From Candidatus Nomurabacteria bacterium (lineage in GTDB: Bacteria; Patescibacteriota; Minisyncoccia; Phycocordibacterales; UBA9973): DNA of 64,000 bases. Shown here piece after piece: positions 1 through 10,194 of this stretch. Under the pieces are notes generated by a model. That model had not been told where the DNA came from. It searched no databases and was given only the letters and a program-made list of their open reading frames with translations. A program made the translations under genes and the position numbers. Positions within the stretch are counted from its first letter, which is position 1, and each line of letters starts with the position of its first letter. Where the stretch lies: NCBI GenBank assembly GCA_026396065.1, contig JAPLXO010000008.1:1056-65055 (forward strand), in the 5' to 3' direction.

Positions 1-1300
1 ACAGACAGTCAAAACTTGGCTAACGAGAGACCAGCGTCAAGCGTCCCAACCTTCGGGTGGACGAAGATAGAGTCCTTCTTAGGTATAGAAGAGCGAAATA
101 CCTTGTCGGGTAAGTTCCGACGCGCACGAATGGTGTAATGACTGGAAAACTGTCTCGGAGATCAGCTCGGTGAAAATACAATGCCGGTGAAGATGCCGGC
201 TAAGTGCAGTTAGACGAAAAGACCCTAGAAGCTTTACTATAGCTTGATATTGAGCATGTTTTTTTATTGCGTAGAATATACGGGAGGATTTGAAGCAGCG
301 ATTTCGGTTTCTGTGGATCCGACAGTGCAATACCGTACTCTAAAAGGGCATGTTCTAACCAAAACGGCAAAAACGTTTTGAGACAGTATCTGGTGGGTAG
401 TTTTACTGGGGCTGTACCCTCCTAAAAAGTAAAGGAGGGGTTTAAAGGTCAGCTAGGCGCGAATGGAAACCGTGCCGATAGTGTAATGGCACAAGCTGGC
501 TTGACTGTAAGAGGTACATCTCAAGCAGGTGGGAAACCAGAACATAGTGATCCGACCATTCGCAGTCGGCTCACCTTATCCTGGCGGTGGAGAAGCTGCC
601 AAAGGTTTGGCTGTTCGCCAATTAAAAAGGTACGCGAGCTGGGTTCAGACCGTACAGAACCTCACCCGACCTCTCCGAATTTCGGAGAGGAGAAGTGAAT
701 TTTGTGCAATCTGAATCCTCAGAGGTAAATTTTTGTTTATGAAAAAAAATATTTTCGGGATTTTTTAAAATCCCAAAGTAAAGATAGAATCAATCACATC
801 ACGGCGGTCACGCGAAATTAATTCGAGTGATTAAAGTTGACTTATATCGGTGAAGTCCACCATTTGTCTTAATTGGCAAGCGACGGATAATACCGAGGGA
901 ACCCAAACGTAAAGTTTTGGACCCGTAGAGACTAATCGTCAACAGTTCTAACACATATCAGCTTCCGTTAGAATGAAGTTATAGTCCAATGCAACAAGTA
1001 ATTGTTGGTATCATGCGTGAGACAGGTTGGTCTCCTATCTACTGCACTCGTTGATTCTTGAGAAGATTTGTTCCTAGTACGAGAGGACCGGAATGAACTA
1101 ACCTCTGGTGTACGAGCTGTCCTGCCAAGGGCACTGCTCGGTAGCTATGTTGGGAATGGATAACCTCTGAAAGCATCTAAGAGGGAAGCCAGCTTCAAGA
1201 TTAGGAATCGTTAAGAACCCTGAGAGATGATCAGGTTGATAGGCTTTAAGTGTAAGCGCAGCAATGCGTTCAGCTGAGAAGTACTAATGTTTCGATTCCT
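1..1300 (+). rRNA. rrl: 23S rRNA, 3' portion (domains IV-VI equivalent), carrying internal insertion; 3' end near 1300
   Basis: Blocks collinear with E. coli 23S ~1900-2904: gtaagttccgac..cacgaatgg, gacgaaaagaccc..ctttactatagcttga, tctggtgggtagttt, gtaatggca..gcttgactg, catagtgatccg, ggtacgcgagctgggtt, gtgagacag, cctagtacgagaggaccgga, gaaagcatctaag, gtactaatg. Six-frame ORFs inside it are spurious. Confidence 0.85.
650..1012 (+). other. ~360-nt insertion inside 23S rRNA between the GGGTTYAGA and CGTGAGACAG blocks (E. coli ~2585-2593); putative ORF-less intron or intervening sequence
   Basis: Conserved 23S sequence stops after gctgggttcaga (649) and resumes at atgcgtgagacaggttggtctcctatc (~1013). 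Intervening sequence is AT-rich, unrelated to 23S, and holds local hairpins (cctctccgaatttcggagagg). Confidence 0.5.
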
Positions 1301-1613
1301 GTTAAGAAATTTGGAAATCACACTTCGATTTATTTCGAAGAAATTAAAAAAACAAAAACAAAAAATTTGAAATTCGAAAAGTGGAAAATAACAATTGTTG
1401 TTTTTTACAATTCATCCAAGGGGGATGAAGAATAATCAAGAAAGAATTAAAAAACTTTTGCAAGAACAACCTAACCCAAATCTACCCACTTGCTCTAGTA
1501 AATATTCTATTCTTTTGTATTATTTCTAACCCCTTACATTCGGAACGGTAAAAGAGTTAATCTACTTTCTTTACCTTCCACTTTCCGGATTTCAAATTGT
1601 TTCGAACCTTTTG

Positions 1614-1721
<108 letters not shown>

Positions 1722-1756
1722 CAAAATGTTTGAACATAAATATCCTTACTCACAAG

Positions 1757-1818
1757 CTGGAGTAGGCAGTCGCTAGGCGATTAGTAAATCGTACCGCGAG
1801 GAACAAAATGTTTGAAAG
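1757..1818 (+). repeat. partial direct duplicate of the 5S rRNA 3' tail
   Basis: agtaggcagtcgctagg plus acaaaatgtttgaa repeat the 5S 3' end and its immediate downstream 14 nt (1704-1737). Confidence 0.5.
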
Positions 1819-1831
1819 TCTCAATAAATAA

Positions 1832-1858
1832 AACCTAATTTATCAATCAGGTTTTTTG
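1832..1858 (+). terminator. rho-independent terminator of the rRNA operon
   Basis: aacctaatttatcaatcaggtt hairpin followed by a T-run. Confidence 0.5.
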
Positions 1859-1873
1859 TGCTAAAATTATTCA

Positions 1874-2281
1874 GTGCTTCAAATAAATATTGGAATTAAT
1901 ATAATAATTGTGCGGGATAATAAACTTTTGCTTGGTAAACGCAAGGGTGCTTTTGGTGCTGGGGATTGGGGTTTACCTGGAGGGCATTTAGAACAAAATG
2001 AAAAATTGCAAGATGCAGCAGCCAGGGAATTATTTGAAGAAACAGGAATGAAGGCGGATAAGTTTATTTTTGAAAATTTAGTAAATCAACCAAGAATAGA
2101 GAATCATTATATGCAAATAGGTTTTATAGCAGAAGGTGTTAAGGGTGAACCGCAACTTCTAGAACCAGATCGTTGTGAAGAGTGGCGTTGGTTTGATTTA
2201 GAAAACTTACCAGAAAATGTCTTTCGTTCACATAGAGATCAAATAAATCTATTCAAGAAAAGAGAAAATTTCACTGAATAG
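1874..2281 (+). CDS. NUDIX hydrolase
   Basis: Nudix box GGHLEQNEKLQDAAARELFEETG (Gx5Ex7REUxEExGU). Confidence 0.8.
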   Translation: MLQINIGINIIIVRDNKLLLGKRKGAFGAGDWGLPGGHLEQNEKLQDAAARELFEETGMKADKFIFENLVNQPRIENHYMQIGFIAEGVKGEPQLLEPDRCEEWRWFDLENLPENVFRSHRDQINLFKKRENFTE

Positions 2282-2335
2282 TATTCACACTATATTAGTC
2301 TTAGTATAAACAGATAAGTTAAAATTTTAGCTTTT

Positions 2336-3136
2336 TTGTGCTACAATAAAAAAATGACTTGGGCATTAAAAAGACAAATCATTTATTTTTTAATATTTAT
2401 ATGTATTATAGGTATCTTTGGTTTCTGGATTTTATATCCACATTTTACACAGGCACCTACATGTAAAGACAATAAACAAAATGGCACCGAGACTGGTGTC
2501 GATTGTGGAGGTTCGTGTATACTCGCATGTCCATTTCAAGTAGATAACGTAGCAGTGCTTTGGGCACGATCTTTCCGTGTAGTTCCTGGCAAATACAATG
2601 CTGTAGCATATTTAGAAAATAAAAATAAAAATAATGCTGTTTATAAATTACATTACAAATTTAGATTTGCAGATAAAGATAATATTTTTATTGGCAATCG
2701 TGAAGGGGATACATATATTCCAACACAAGGTAAATTTGCTATTTTAGAACCTGCTATAGATGTAGGTAATTCAATACCAGTCTTTACTTCTTTTGAATTT
2801 ACCGAGAAACCAATATGGATACAAATTCCAGAAGAAAAAGTAAAGGAACTTCAAATACTTATTGGAGATATTTCTCTTTCAGGAGAAGACACAAATCCAT
2901 CAATGTCTACAACACTTAAAAACAATTCTTTGTTTAAAATTCCATCTGTTAAAGCTGTAGCTATTTTATATGATTCATCTGGTAATGCAGTGAATGCTAG
3001 TAGCACATTTATAGATTCAATAAGTGGTGGTGTCACTGTACCTATAACTTTTACTTGGCCAGAAGCCTTCTCTCAAAAAATAGTAGCAAAAGAGATACTA
3101 CCAATATTCAATATTTTTTCAGTGAAGTTTAATTAA
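2336..3136 (+). CDS. hypothetical membrane-anchored protein (N-terminal TM, Cys-rich extracytoplasmic domain)
   Basis: Long ORF with N-terminal hydrophobic helix and coding-like composition; no recognised motif. Confidence 0.5.
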   Translation: MCYNKKMTWALKRQIIYFLIFICIIGIFGFWILYPHFTQAPTCKDNKQNGTETGVDCGGSCILACPFQVDNVAVLWARSFRVVPGKYNAVAYLENKNKNNAVYKLHYKFRFADKDNIFIGNREGDTYIPTQGKFAILEPAIDVGNSIPVFTSFEFTEKPIWIQIPEEKVKELQILIGDISLSGEDTNPSMSTTLKNNSLFKIPSVKAVAILYDSSGNAVNASSTFIDSISGGVTVPITFTWPEAFSQKIVAKEILPIFNIFSVKFN

Positions 3137-3137
3137 T

Positions 3138-4271
3138 ATGGTTCGAGCTTTTTTTCTTAAAAAAATAGATTGGTTGCTCGTAGCTTTTGTTTTACCAATA
3201 ACACTTGCCGGGCTTTTCACTATGAAGTCTTTTGTACCATCTGAGAGTGAGGGTAATTTTTTTGGAAAACAAATAATTTGGCTAATAATTGCTCTTGCTA
3301 TTTTTTTTATATTTTCCTTTGTTGATTTCAGATTTTTAAAACGTACGAATATACTAGTATATCTTTTTTTGTTTTTTTCTGGAATTCTTTTACTTCTTTT
3401 TATTTTAGGTCATGTATCGAATGGAGCAAAGAGCTGGTTTTCTCTTGGTGGCTTCTCTTTTCAACCATCAGACATGATGAAGCTTGTAGTTGTTTTAATT
3501 TTAGCTAAATATTTTTCTCGTCGTCATGTTGAAATAGCAAATATTAGACATATATTTATTTCAGCTCTTTATGCTCTAGTACCATTCCTTTTGGTTTTTT
3601 TTCAGCCAGATTTCGGTTCAGCTATCATTATATTTTTTATATGGCTAGGTATGACTTTAGTTTCTGGAATTTCTAAAAAACATCTTTTGATGGTATTTAT
3701 TGGTGGAGTTGTTGCACTCGGAATATTATGGCTTTTTGTTTTTGCTCCATATCAGAAAGCTCGTATTGTAAACTTTATAAATCCAATGACAAATATTCAT
3801 GGTTCAGGATATAATGCTTTGCAGTCTACAATAGCTGTCGGGTCTGGGCAAATTTTTGGTAAAGGTCTTGGTTTTGGAACACAATCTAGACTAAAGTTTT
3901 TACCTGAATATCAGACAGACTTTATTTTTGCTGCTTTTGCGGAAGAGTGGGGTTTTGTTGGATCATTGCTACTGTTACTCTTGTTTGCTCTAGTAATATG
4001 GAGGATTTTGCGGATTGCCTATCATGGTGAATCAAATTTCGAAATGCTTTTTGGTATGGGCATTGCTATTTATTTCATGAGTCATATACTGATAAATGTA
4101 GGAATGAATATTGGTGTAATGCCTGTAACTGGGATTACTCTTCCATTTATGAGTTATGGTGGCTCACATCTTGTGACAGAGTTTGCTGCTCTCGGAATTC
4201 TTATGAGTATGCGTGGATACGGACGCCCAGCACATAGAGATGATATGAAGAATGAATTTTTAGGATTATGA
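3138..4271 (+). CDS. SEDS-family peptidoglycan glycosyltransferase (RodA/FtsW)
   Basis: Multi-TM protein with FtsW/RodA motifs (GSGYNALQSTIAVGSGQIFGKGLG, PEYQTDFIFAAFAEEWGF, LPFMSYGGSHL); ends in TGA. Confidence 0.85.
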   Translation: MVRAFFLKKIDWLLVAFVLPITLAGLFTMKSFVPSESEGNFFGKQIIWLIIALAIFFIFSFVDFRFLKRTNILVYLFLFFSGILLLLFILGHVSNGAKSWFSLGGFSFQPSDMMKLVVVLILAKYFSRRHVEIANIRHIFISALYALVPFLLVFFQPDFGSAIIIFFIWLGMTLVSGISKKHLLMVFIGGVVALGILWLFVFAPYQKARIVNFINPMTNIHGSGYNALQSTIAVGSGQIFGKGLGFGTQSRLKFLPEYQTDFIFAAFAEEWGFVGSLLLLLLFALVIWRILRIAYHGESNFEMLFGMGIAIYFMSHILINVGMNIGVMPVTGITLPFMSYGGSHLVTEFAALGILMSMRGYGRPAHRDDMKNEFLGL

Positions 4272-4309
4272 CCTCACCCCCGACCCCTCTCCTTATGAAG
4301 GAGAGGGTA
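4271..4309 (+). repeat. GC-rich hairpin repeat, copy 1 (cctcaccccNNNcccctctcc..ggagaggg)
   Basis: acctcacccccgacccctctccttatgaaggagaggg; same motif at 43901-43948 and inverted at 44390-44438. Confidence 0.6.
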
Positions 4310-4320
4310 GGAATAAAAAT

Positions 4321-5154
4321 ATGAATATTATAGATGGAAAAAAAATAAGAGATGAAATATTATTCAAGATAAAATCTGAAGTAGAGGTTTTACCATTTCA
4401 GCCAGTTTTTTGTGACGTGTTGGTGGGGGAAGACCCTGTATCAATGCAGTATGTAAAAATGAAAGATAAGACAGCACAGTCTGTAGGTATTAAATTTCAC
4501 AATGCTGTTTTTCCTGCTGATATTTCGACTGAAAATTTAATAAAAGAAATTGAGAGTTTAAATAAGTTACCAAATATGTGTGGAATTATTGTTCAGCTTC
4601 CTTTACCAAAATCTTTTGATACAAAAATTATTTTAAATGCTATTGATCCAAAGCTAGACGTAGATTGTTTAGGAGAAACAACAAGAGAAAATTTTTATAA
4701 TCAAAAGTCTTCTTTGTGTTCTCCGGCAGCTTTGGCTTGTATTACTTTATTGGATTCTTTGAATTTAGATTTAAATAACAAAAAAATAGTTGTCTTAGGA
4801 CAAGGGGAACTCGTAGGTAAACCAGCTTCAGCTTTGTTAAATTTTAGAAATATAAAACATAAAATTCTAACAAGTAAAAGTGAGAATAAAGAACAAATTT
4901 TAAAACAAGCAGATATTATAATTTCTGGTATTGGTAATGGAAAATATATAACGGGTGGTATGATAAAAGAAGGGGTAGTCATAATAGATGCTGGAACGAC
5001 AGAAGAAAATGGCGGAGTGATAGGGGATGTAGACTTTGAGTCCGTAAAAAATATAGCGGGTTTCGTGTCTCCTGTACCGGGTGGCGTAGGCCCTGTGACA
5101 ATATCGATGCTTCTTAATAATGTATTAACTGTAGCTAAATCAAATGTTGAATAA
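4321..5154 (+). CDS. folD: bifunctional methylenetetrahydrofolate dehydrogenase/cyclohydrolase
   Basis: FolD-family motifs: PVFCDVLVGEDPVSMQYVKMK, DVDCLG, SPAALACITLL, VSPVPGGVGPVTISML. Confidence 0.85.
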   Translation: MNIIDGKKIRDEILFKIKSEVEVLPFQPVFCDVLVGEDPVSMQYVKMKDKTAQSVGIKFHNAVFPADISTENLIKEIESLNKLPNMCGIIVQLPLPKSFDTKIILNAIDPKLDVDCLGETTRENFYNQKSSLCSPAALACITLLDSLNLDLNNKKIVVLGQGELVGKPASALLNFRNIKHKILTSKSENKEQILKQADIIISGIGNGKYITGGMIKEGVVIIDAGTTEENGGVIGDVDFESVKNIAGFVSPVPGGVGPVTISMLLNNVLTVAKSNVE

Positions 5155-5701
5155 TCAAATATTTTTCTTTTTTTATAATTTTGCACATCAATCAAATACT
5201 TTTGACAAAGTCGTAGTTTTTTTTGCACAAACTTTTCCATATACAGTAATACTATTAGCTGTTTTGTTTTTGCTTTTTCATCACGACGCTTGGCCTAAAA
5301 AAGATGTTTTTGGAGAATTAAAAAGCTACTTAAGAAAGTGGAAAGAAATTATATTTGTATTTTTAGCTAGTGGTATTGGCTGGGTTTTAGCAGATATTTT
5401 AAAAATGATATTTAAGACACCTCGCCCTTTCAATGCTTTTCAAAATGTTTTCTCATTAATACCTGAAACTGGTTTTGCTTTTCCATCTCAGCATGCCGTC
5501 TTCTTTTCAGCACTCGCAGTTTCACTTTTCTTTTGTCATAAAAAAGTCGGTTATTGGTTTATCTTTTTTGCCCTCATAATCGGCATCACTCGCATTGTGG
5601 CCGGTGTTCATTTTCCTATAGATATTCTAGGGGGATTTATACTTGGAGCGCTTACAGCGATAGTGGTTAGAAAGTTTGCATTTTTTAGGAAAAATGTATA
5701 G
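5144..5701 (+). CDS. PAP2-family phosphatase (undecaprenyl-diphosphatase-like); true start probably an internal Met
   Basis: PAP2 motifs PSQHA and GVHFPIDILGG; multi-TM. Confidence 0.7.
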   Translation: MLNNQIFFFFYNFAHQSNTFDKVVVFFAQTFPYTVILLAVLFLLFHHDAWPKKDVFGELKSYLRKWKEIIFVFLASGIGWVLADILKMIFKTPRPFNAFQNVFSLIPETGFAFPSQHAVFFSALAVSLFFCHKKVGYWFIFFALIIGITRIVAGVHFPIDILGGFILGALTAIVVRKFAFFRKNV

Positions 5702-5719
5702 AATAAGCGTTATAAATAT

Positions 5720-7108
5720 ATGTGGAAAAAGAGAGTTTTAGCTTTAATAATACTTGCACTTGGCTTTGGAGTCGCTACTTTCGTCTACAAATCTGAATAC
5801 AAAACAAATAAAAATTTTGGGCAAGCTTCACATTTCTTACAAAATCATCAATTTCACCTCGGTTTAGATCTTTCTGGTGGTACTCATTTAATATACAAAG
5901 CTGATGTTTCAGGTGTTCCAGCAGGGCAAATTTCAGATGCCATGGATTCACTCCGTGATGTCATAGAACGTCGTGTGAATCTTTTTGGAGTTTCAGAACC
6001 AGTCGTTCAAGTCGAAGATGGTAGTATCGTCGCACGTGGAGAAGAAAAATTAATTATTGATTTACCAGGAGTCACAGATGTAGAGAAAGCGACAAAAATG
6101 ATTGGAGAGACACCTCTTCTAGAATTTAAAACAGAAGCACCAAAAGGAACAGCCCAAACTGCCACAGTTGGGAAAGATGGAAAAGTTCAGATAGATATAA
6201 ATTCACAATATGTTTCCACAGATCTTACTGGTAGATATTTAAGTAAAGCTACTTTAGAATTTGATCAAAATACTCGTGAACCAAAAGTAAGCCTACAATT
6301 TGACGACACAGGTACAGCACTCTTTGCAAAAATTACAAAAGAAAATGTAGGAAAAACAGTAGCAATCTTTTTAGATGGTTCACCAATTTCGACTCCTGTG
6401 GTTCGTGAAGAAATTCCAAATGGTCAGGCTGTTATTTCTGGAAGTTTCACTCCGACAGAAGCAAAGCAACTTGTAGGCCGCTTAAATTCAGGAGCTTTGC
6501 CTGTTCCAATTTCATTACTTTCAAAGCAAACAATCGGTGGTTCACTTGGTTCTAGTGCTGTAAATGCTGGAGTAAAAGCAGGAATGTTCGGTTTTCTTAT
6601 CATAGCTTTATTTTTAATACTTTGGTACCGTTTACCAGGAATTATTTCTGTAATTTCTCTTGGAATTTATATTTCAATAATGCTCGCTTTGTTTAAATTA
6701 ATTCCTGTTACTTTGACAGCTGCTGGTATCGCTGGATTTATTATTTCTATTGGTATTGCTGTGGATGCAAACGTTCTTATTTTCGAACGTGTAAAAGAAG
6801 AGCTTCGTTTGGGTCATAGTGTTGCAGACGCTGTGAAGGGTGGTTTTGCTCATGCTTGGTTTTCAATTCGTGATTCAAATATTTCAAGTATAATTACTTC
6901 TTTGATTTTATTCTGGTTTGGAACTTCACTTATCAAAGGTTTTGCTTTGACTCTTGGCATGGGTGTTTTAATTTCAATGTTTTCTGCTATCACTATCACT
7001 CGCATATTCCTTTCATCGATTGACTTTGTTGGTAATGGTAAAGTTGCAAGATTTTTATTTAGTTCAGGTTTTGGTTCTGGTGAAAGTAAGCACAGTATAA
7101 ATAATTAA
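5720..7108 (+). CDS. secD: protein translocase subunit SecD
   Basis: LGLDLSGGTHLIY motif, periplasmic domain and C-terminal 6-TM core. Confidence 0.85.
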   Translation: MWKKRVLALIILALGFGVATFVYKSEYKTNKNFGQASHFLQNHQFHLGLDLSGGTHLIYKADVSGVPAGQISDAMDSLRDVIERRVNLFGVSEPVVQVEDGSIVARGEEKLIIDLPGVTDVEKATKMIGETPLLEFKTEAPKGTAQTATVGKDGKVQIDINSQYVSTDLTGRYLSKATLEFDQNTREPKVSLQFDDTGTALFAKITKENVGKTVAIFLDGSPISTPVVREEIPNGQAVISGSFTPTEAKQLVGRLNSGALPVPISLLSKQTIGGSLGSSAVNAGVKAGMFGFLIIALFLILWYRLPGIISVISLGIYISIMLALFKLIPVTLTAAGIAGFIISIGIAVDANVLIFERVKEELRLGHSVADAVKGGFAHAWFSIRDSNISSIITSLILFWFGTSLIKGFALTLGMGVLISMFSAITITRIFLSSIDFVGNGKVARFLFSSGFGSGESKHSINN

Positions 7109-7114
7109 AATAAA

Positions 7115-8014
7115 ATGTTTATAATAAAATACAAAAAAATATTTATCAGTATATCAATAGCATTAGTTATTCTTTCTTTCGCATCTCTTTTTACTTTTGG
7201 TTTGAATTTTGGTATTGATTTCAAAGGTGGAGCTTTGATGGAAGTTACTTATAAAGATGTACGTCCAGCACAAACAGATTTAGATACTTCTTTAAAACCA
7301 CTTAATCTAGGTTCAATATTAATTCAGCCTACAGGTGATTTGGGTTATATAATAAAAACAAAAGATATCTCTGACATTGAACATTCTTCAATTCTTTCAG
7401 CTATTTCAGAAGGAGGTAAGAATGTTCCAGAAGAAAAGAGTTTTTCTTCTATAGGTCCATCAGTAGGAAAAGAACTTACACGTAAAGCAGTGCTAGCTAT
7501 TGTTTTAGTTTCTCTTGGGATTATTTTATTTATAGCTTATGCTTTTCGCAAGGTTTCCAAACCTGTTTCATCTTGGAGATATGGATTTATTGCTATTGTT
7601 ACACTTCTTCACGATGTGATGATTCCAGTTGGTTTATTTACAATTCTTTCACATTATTATGGTGCAGAAGTAGACACTTTATTTGTGGTAGCAATTTTGA
7701 CCGTGCTTGGTCTTTCTGTTTCTGACACTATTGTTGTGTTTGATCGTATTCGTGAAAATATAAAAAATAGAGCTTCTACTGATTTTCATGAAACTGTAGG
7801 TAAAAGTTTAGAGCAAGTTTATCCTCGATCAATCAATACTTCTCTTACTGTTATTTTAGTATTGCTTTGTCTTTTCTTCTTTGGTCCTAGTGCTACAAAA
7901 TACTTTTCTTTAATGATGATTGCCGGAATGTTTTTCGGAACTTATTCCTCAATTTTCCTAGCTTCACCATTACTCGTTTGGATTGAAGAATTTCAAAATA
8001 GAAATAAAAAATAG
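7115..8014 (+). CDS. secF: protein translocase subunit SecF
   Basis: FGIDFKGG motif, TM core, adjacent to secD. Confidence 0.85.
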   Translation: MFIIKYKKIFISISIALVILSFASLFTFGLNFGIDFKGGALMEVTYKDVRPAQTDLDTSLKPLNLGSILIQPTGDLGYIIKTKDISDIEHSSILSAISEGGKNVPEEKSFSSIGPSVGKELTRKAVLAIVLVSLGIILFIAYAFRKVSKPVSSWRYGFIAIVTLLHDVMIPVGLFTILSHYYGAEVDTLFVVAILTVLGLSVSDTIVVFDRIRENIKNRASTDFHETVGKSLEQVYPRSINTSLTVILVLLCLFFFGPSATKYFSLMMIAGMFFGTYSSIFLASPLLVWIEEFQNRNKK

Positions 8015-8086
8015 ACTTAATAAAATCCGCTTTATAGCGGATTTTATGTTATAATTAGTTTATTAATAAATAAACACAATAATCAT

Positions 8087-8638
8087 ATGATGTATCTACT
8101 TATCATTTTAGCCATTATCATTTTATGGGCCATTGTAGCTTTCAACAGTTTTGTTTCATTAAGAAATCGTGCGAAAGAAGCTTGGTCTGATATAGAAGTG
8201 CAATTAAAGCGCCGTTATGACCTTATACCAAATTTGGTGAATACAGTGAAAGGTTATGCTACTCACGAATCTAGCGCCTTTGAAAAGGTGACAGAAGCTC
8301 GTGCAAAGGCAATGAGTGGAGGTGGCACAAGTGAAGCTCATGCCCAAGCAGAAAATATGCTCACAGGAGCATTGAAATCAGTATTCGCTATTGCTGAAGC
8401 TTATCCAGAATTAAAAGCTAATACAAACTTTTTATCATTACAAGCTGAACTTTCAGATACAGAAAATAAAATCCAAGCATCACGAAGATTTTACAATGCC
8501 AATGTTCGTGAACTTAATACAAAGATAGAAATGTTTCCTAGTAGTATTATTGCAAAGATAGGTAATTTCTCTAAAATAGAATTCTTTGATATACCAGATG
8601 ATGGTGTCGAATCAAAGCCAGTGGAAGTTAAGTTTTAA
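8087..8638 (+). CDS. LemA family protein
   Basis: N-terminal TM plus LemA signature (NSFVSLRNRAKEAWSDIEVQLKRRYDLIPNLV). Confidence 0.75.
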   Translation: MMYLLIILAIIILWAIVAFNSFVSLRNRAKEAWSDIEVQLKRRYDLIPNLVNTVKGYATHESSAFEKVTEARAKAMSGGGTSEAHAQAENMLTGALKSVFAIAEAYPELKANTNFLSLQAELSDTENKIQASRRFYNANVRELNTKIEMFPSSIIAKIGNFSKIEFFDIPDDGVESKPVEVKF

Positions 8639-8645
8639 AAAATAT

Positions 8646-9146
8646 ATGCAAAATAATTCAAAAATAAATATTATTTTATTAGTTTTTATTCTAGCATTGA
8701 GTCTTTTTGTTTTGTTTATGGAAAATAAAAACTCAAATATGCTAATGTCTATTTTAGATAAACAGACAGAGAGTTATGTGAAGCCTCAAAAAGCTACTGT
8801 AACAGAAAATCCACTACAAACAGCCAGTTCTGATTTAGTTTCTTTCTCTATTTCACCTAATACAAAAGTCCATGGGATATTATCATATCGTGGTGTTTTG
8901 CAAGGTGGATATTTTTTTGAGGGAAATGTATTAGTAAATATCTTAGATATAAATAAAAAAGTTTTAAAGTCTAGTAATGCTGTAGCAAAAAGTGAGTGGA
9001 TGACTTCTGGTCCCGTGAACTTCGAAGGAAATATTGATTTTACTGGTCTTCCTAAAGGTTCTGCATATTTTGAAATTCATAATGATAACCCTTCCGGTGA
9101 AGCTTCAAAAGATAAAAGTATTTTAATTCCTATAATCATTGAATAA
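8646..9146 (+). CDS. hypothetical exported/membrane-anchored protein
   Basis: ORF with N-terminal TM. Start taken at the internal Met (MQNNSK), since the track start overlaps lemA. Confidence 0.5.
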   Translation: MQNNSKINIILLVFILALSLFVLFMENKNSNMLMSILDKQTESYVKPQKATVTENPLQTASSDLVSFSISPNTKVHGILSYRGVLQGGYFFEGNVLVNILDINKKVLKSSNAVAKSEWMTSGPVNFEGNIDFTGLPKGSAYFEIHNDNPSGEASKDKSILIPIIIE

Positions 9147-9149
9147 AAT

Positions 9150-9284
9150 ATGGACAAGAATAAATTTTGGTTTTTCGGTTCAAAATTAAATACTGCTCTA
9201 CTTCTTATTTTAATTGTGCTTACTGTAATTGCTATTAAAATAATGCTTCAAAATAAAGAAGTCTACTTACCATTTATTAAATAA
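9150..9284 (+). CDS. small single-TM protein (44 aa), unannotated in ORF track
   Basis: ATG-initiated 44-codon ORF ending 2 nt before htpX; hydrophobic core LLLILIVLTVIAI. Confidence 0.3.
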   Translation: MDKNKFWFFGSKLNTALLLILIVLTVIAIKIMLQNKEVYLPFIK

Positions 9285-9286
9285 TA

Positions 9287-10174
9287 ATGGCAACGCTATA
9301 TACACAACAATCAAAAAATATAGAAAAGACATGGCTACTCATGGCTGTGTTTTTGGCTGTGGTTATTGGTGTGGGATATTTTCTTTCTTATTATTATCAA
9401 AATTCTGTGATACTTTATTTTGCAATTATTTTTGCAGTCGTGATGAACTTCGTTTCATATTTGTTTTCAGATAAAATCGTCACGAAGCTCGCCGGCGCAA
9501 AAGAAGTGAAAAGGGAAGAGTATTTTGATCTATATAATATTGTAGAAAATCTAGCTATCACTGCTGGGCTTCCAAAGCCGAAAATTTATATAATTACTGA
9601 TCCTGCACCAAACGCCTTTGCGACTGGGCGCAATCCTGCACACGCTGTGGTGTGTGTGACGACCGGTTTACTTTCAATTTTGGACAAGGCAGAGCTCGAA
9701 GGGGTCATTAGTCACGAGATTTCTCACATTGGGAATAACGACATTTTGCTTTCGACTGTCGCTGCTGTGCTCGTCGGTTTTATTTCTATTTTAGCAAATA
9801 TGTTTACCCATAGTTTATTTTTTGGTGGACGAAGAAGTAACGATCGAGAAGGGAATGGTAATGGAATAATCATGGCGATAGGAATTATTTTAATGATTTT
9901 GTCACCGATAATTGCGACACTTATTCAACTCGCTATTTCTCGCAAGCGTGAATATCTCGCTGATGCTTCGGGTGCACTGCTCACTCGTTATCCAGAAGGC
10001 CTAGCAAGTGCTCTACAAAAAATAGGTAATTATGCACAACCACTTGCTCATCAATCCGAAGCTATCGCTCATCTTTATATTGCTGACCCAAAAGGAAAAA
10101 CTTCTCGAATTAAAAATCTTTTCATGACACATCCACCGATTACAGACAGAATAAAAGCACTTTTAAATAAATAA
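9287..10174 (+). CDS. htpX: M48 family zinc metalloprotease HtpX
   Basis: HEISHIGNND (HExxH) motif, 4 TM, HtpX-like C-terminus. Confidence 0.8.
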   Translation: MATLYTQQSKNIEKTWLLMAVFLAVVIGVGYFLSYYYQNSVILYFAIIFAVVMNFVSYLFSDKIVTKLAGAKEVKREEYFDLYNIVENLAITAGLPKPKIYIITDPAPNAFATGRNPAHAVVCVTTGLLSILDKAELEGVISHEISHIGNNDILLSTVAAVLVGFISILANMFTHSLFFGGRRSNDREGNGNGIIMAIGIILMILSPIIATLIQLAISRKREYLADASGALLTRYPEGLASALQKIGNYAQPLAHQSEAIAHLYIADPKGKTSRIKNLFMTHPPITDRIKALLNK

Positions 10175-10194
10175 GTTTATAGTTTGAAAAATTG

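Noticed and set aside
79-714. Six-frame ORFs 79-330(-), 486-698(+), 529-714(+)
   Set aside because: They lie entirely inside conserved 23S rRNA sequence; they are artefacts of translating an rRNA gene.
4701-5240. 179-aa antisense ORF overlapping folD; similar antisense or overlapping ORFs at 2851-3036, 10398-10610, 16643-16915, 18351-18736, 24216-24788, 29657-30205, 47100-48413 and 55289-56623
   Set aside because: Each is embedded opposite or out of frame to a gene with strong family motifs. They have low-complexity or Ser/Ile/Phe-rich translations typical of AT-rich antisense frames.
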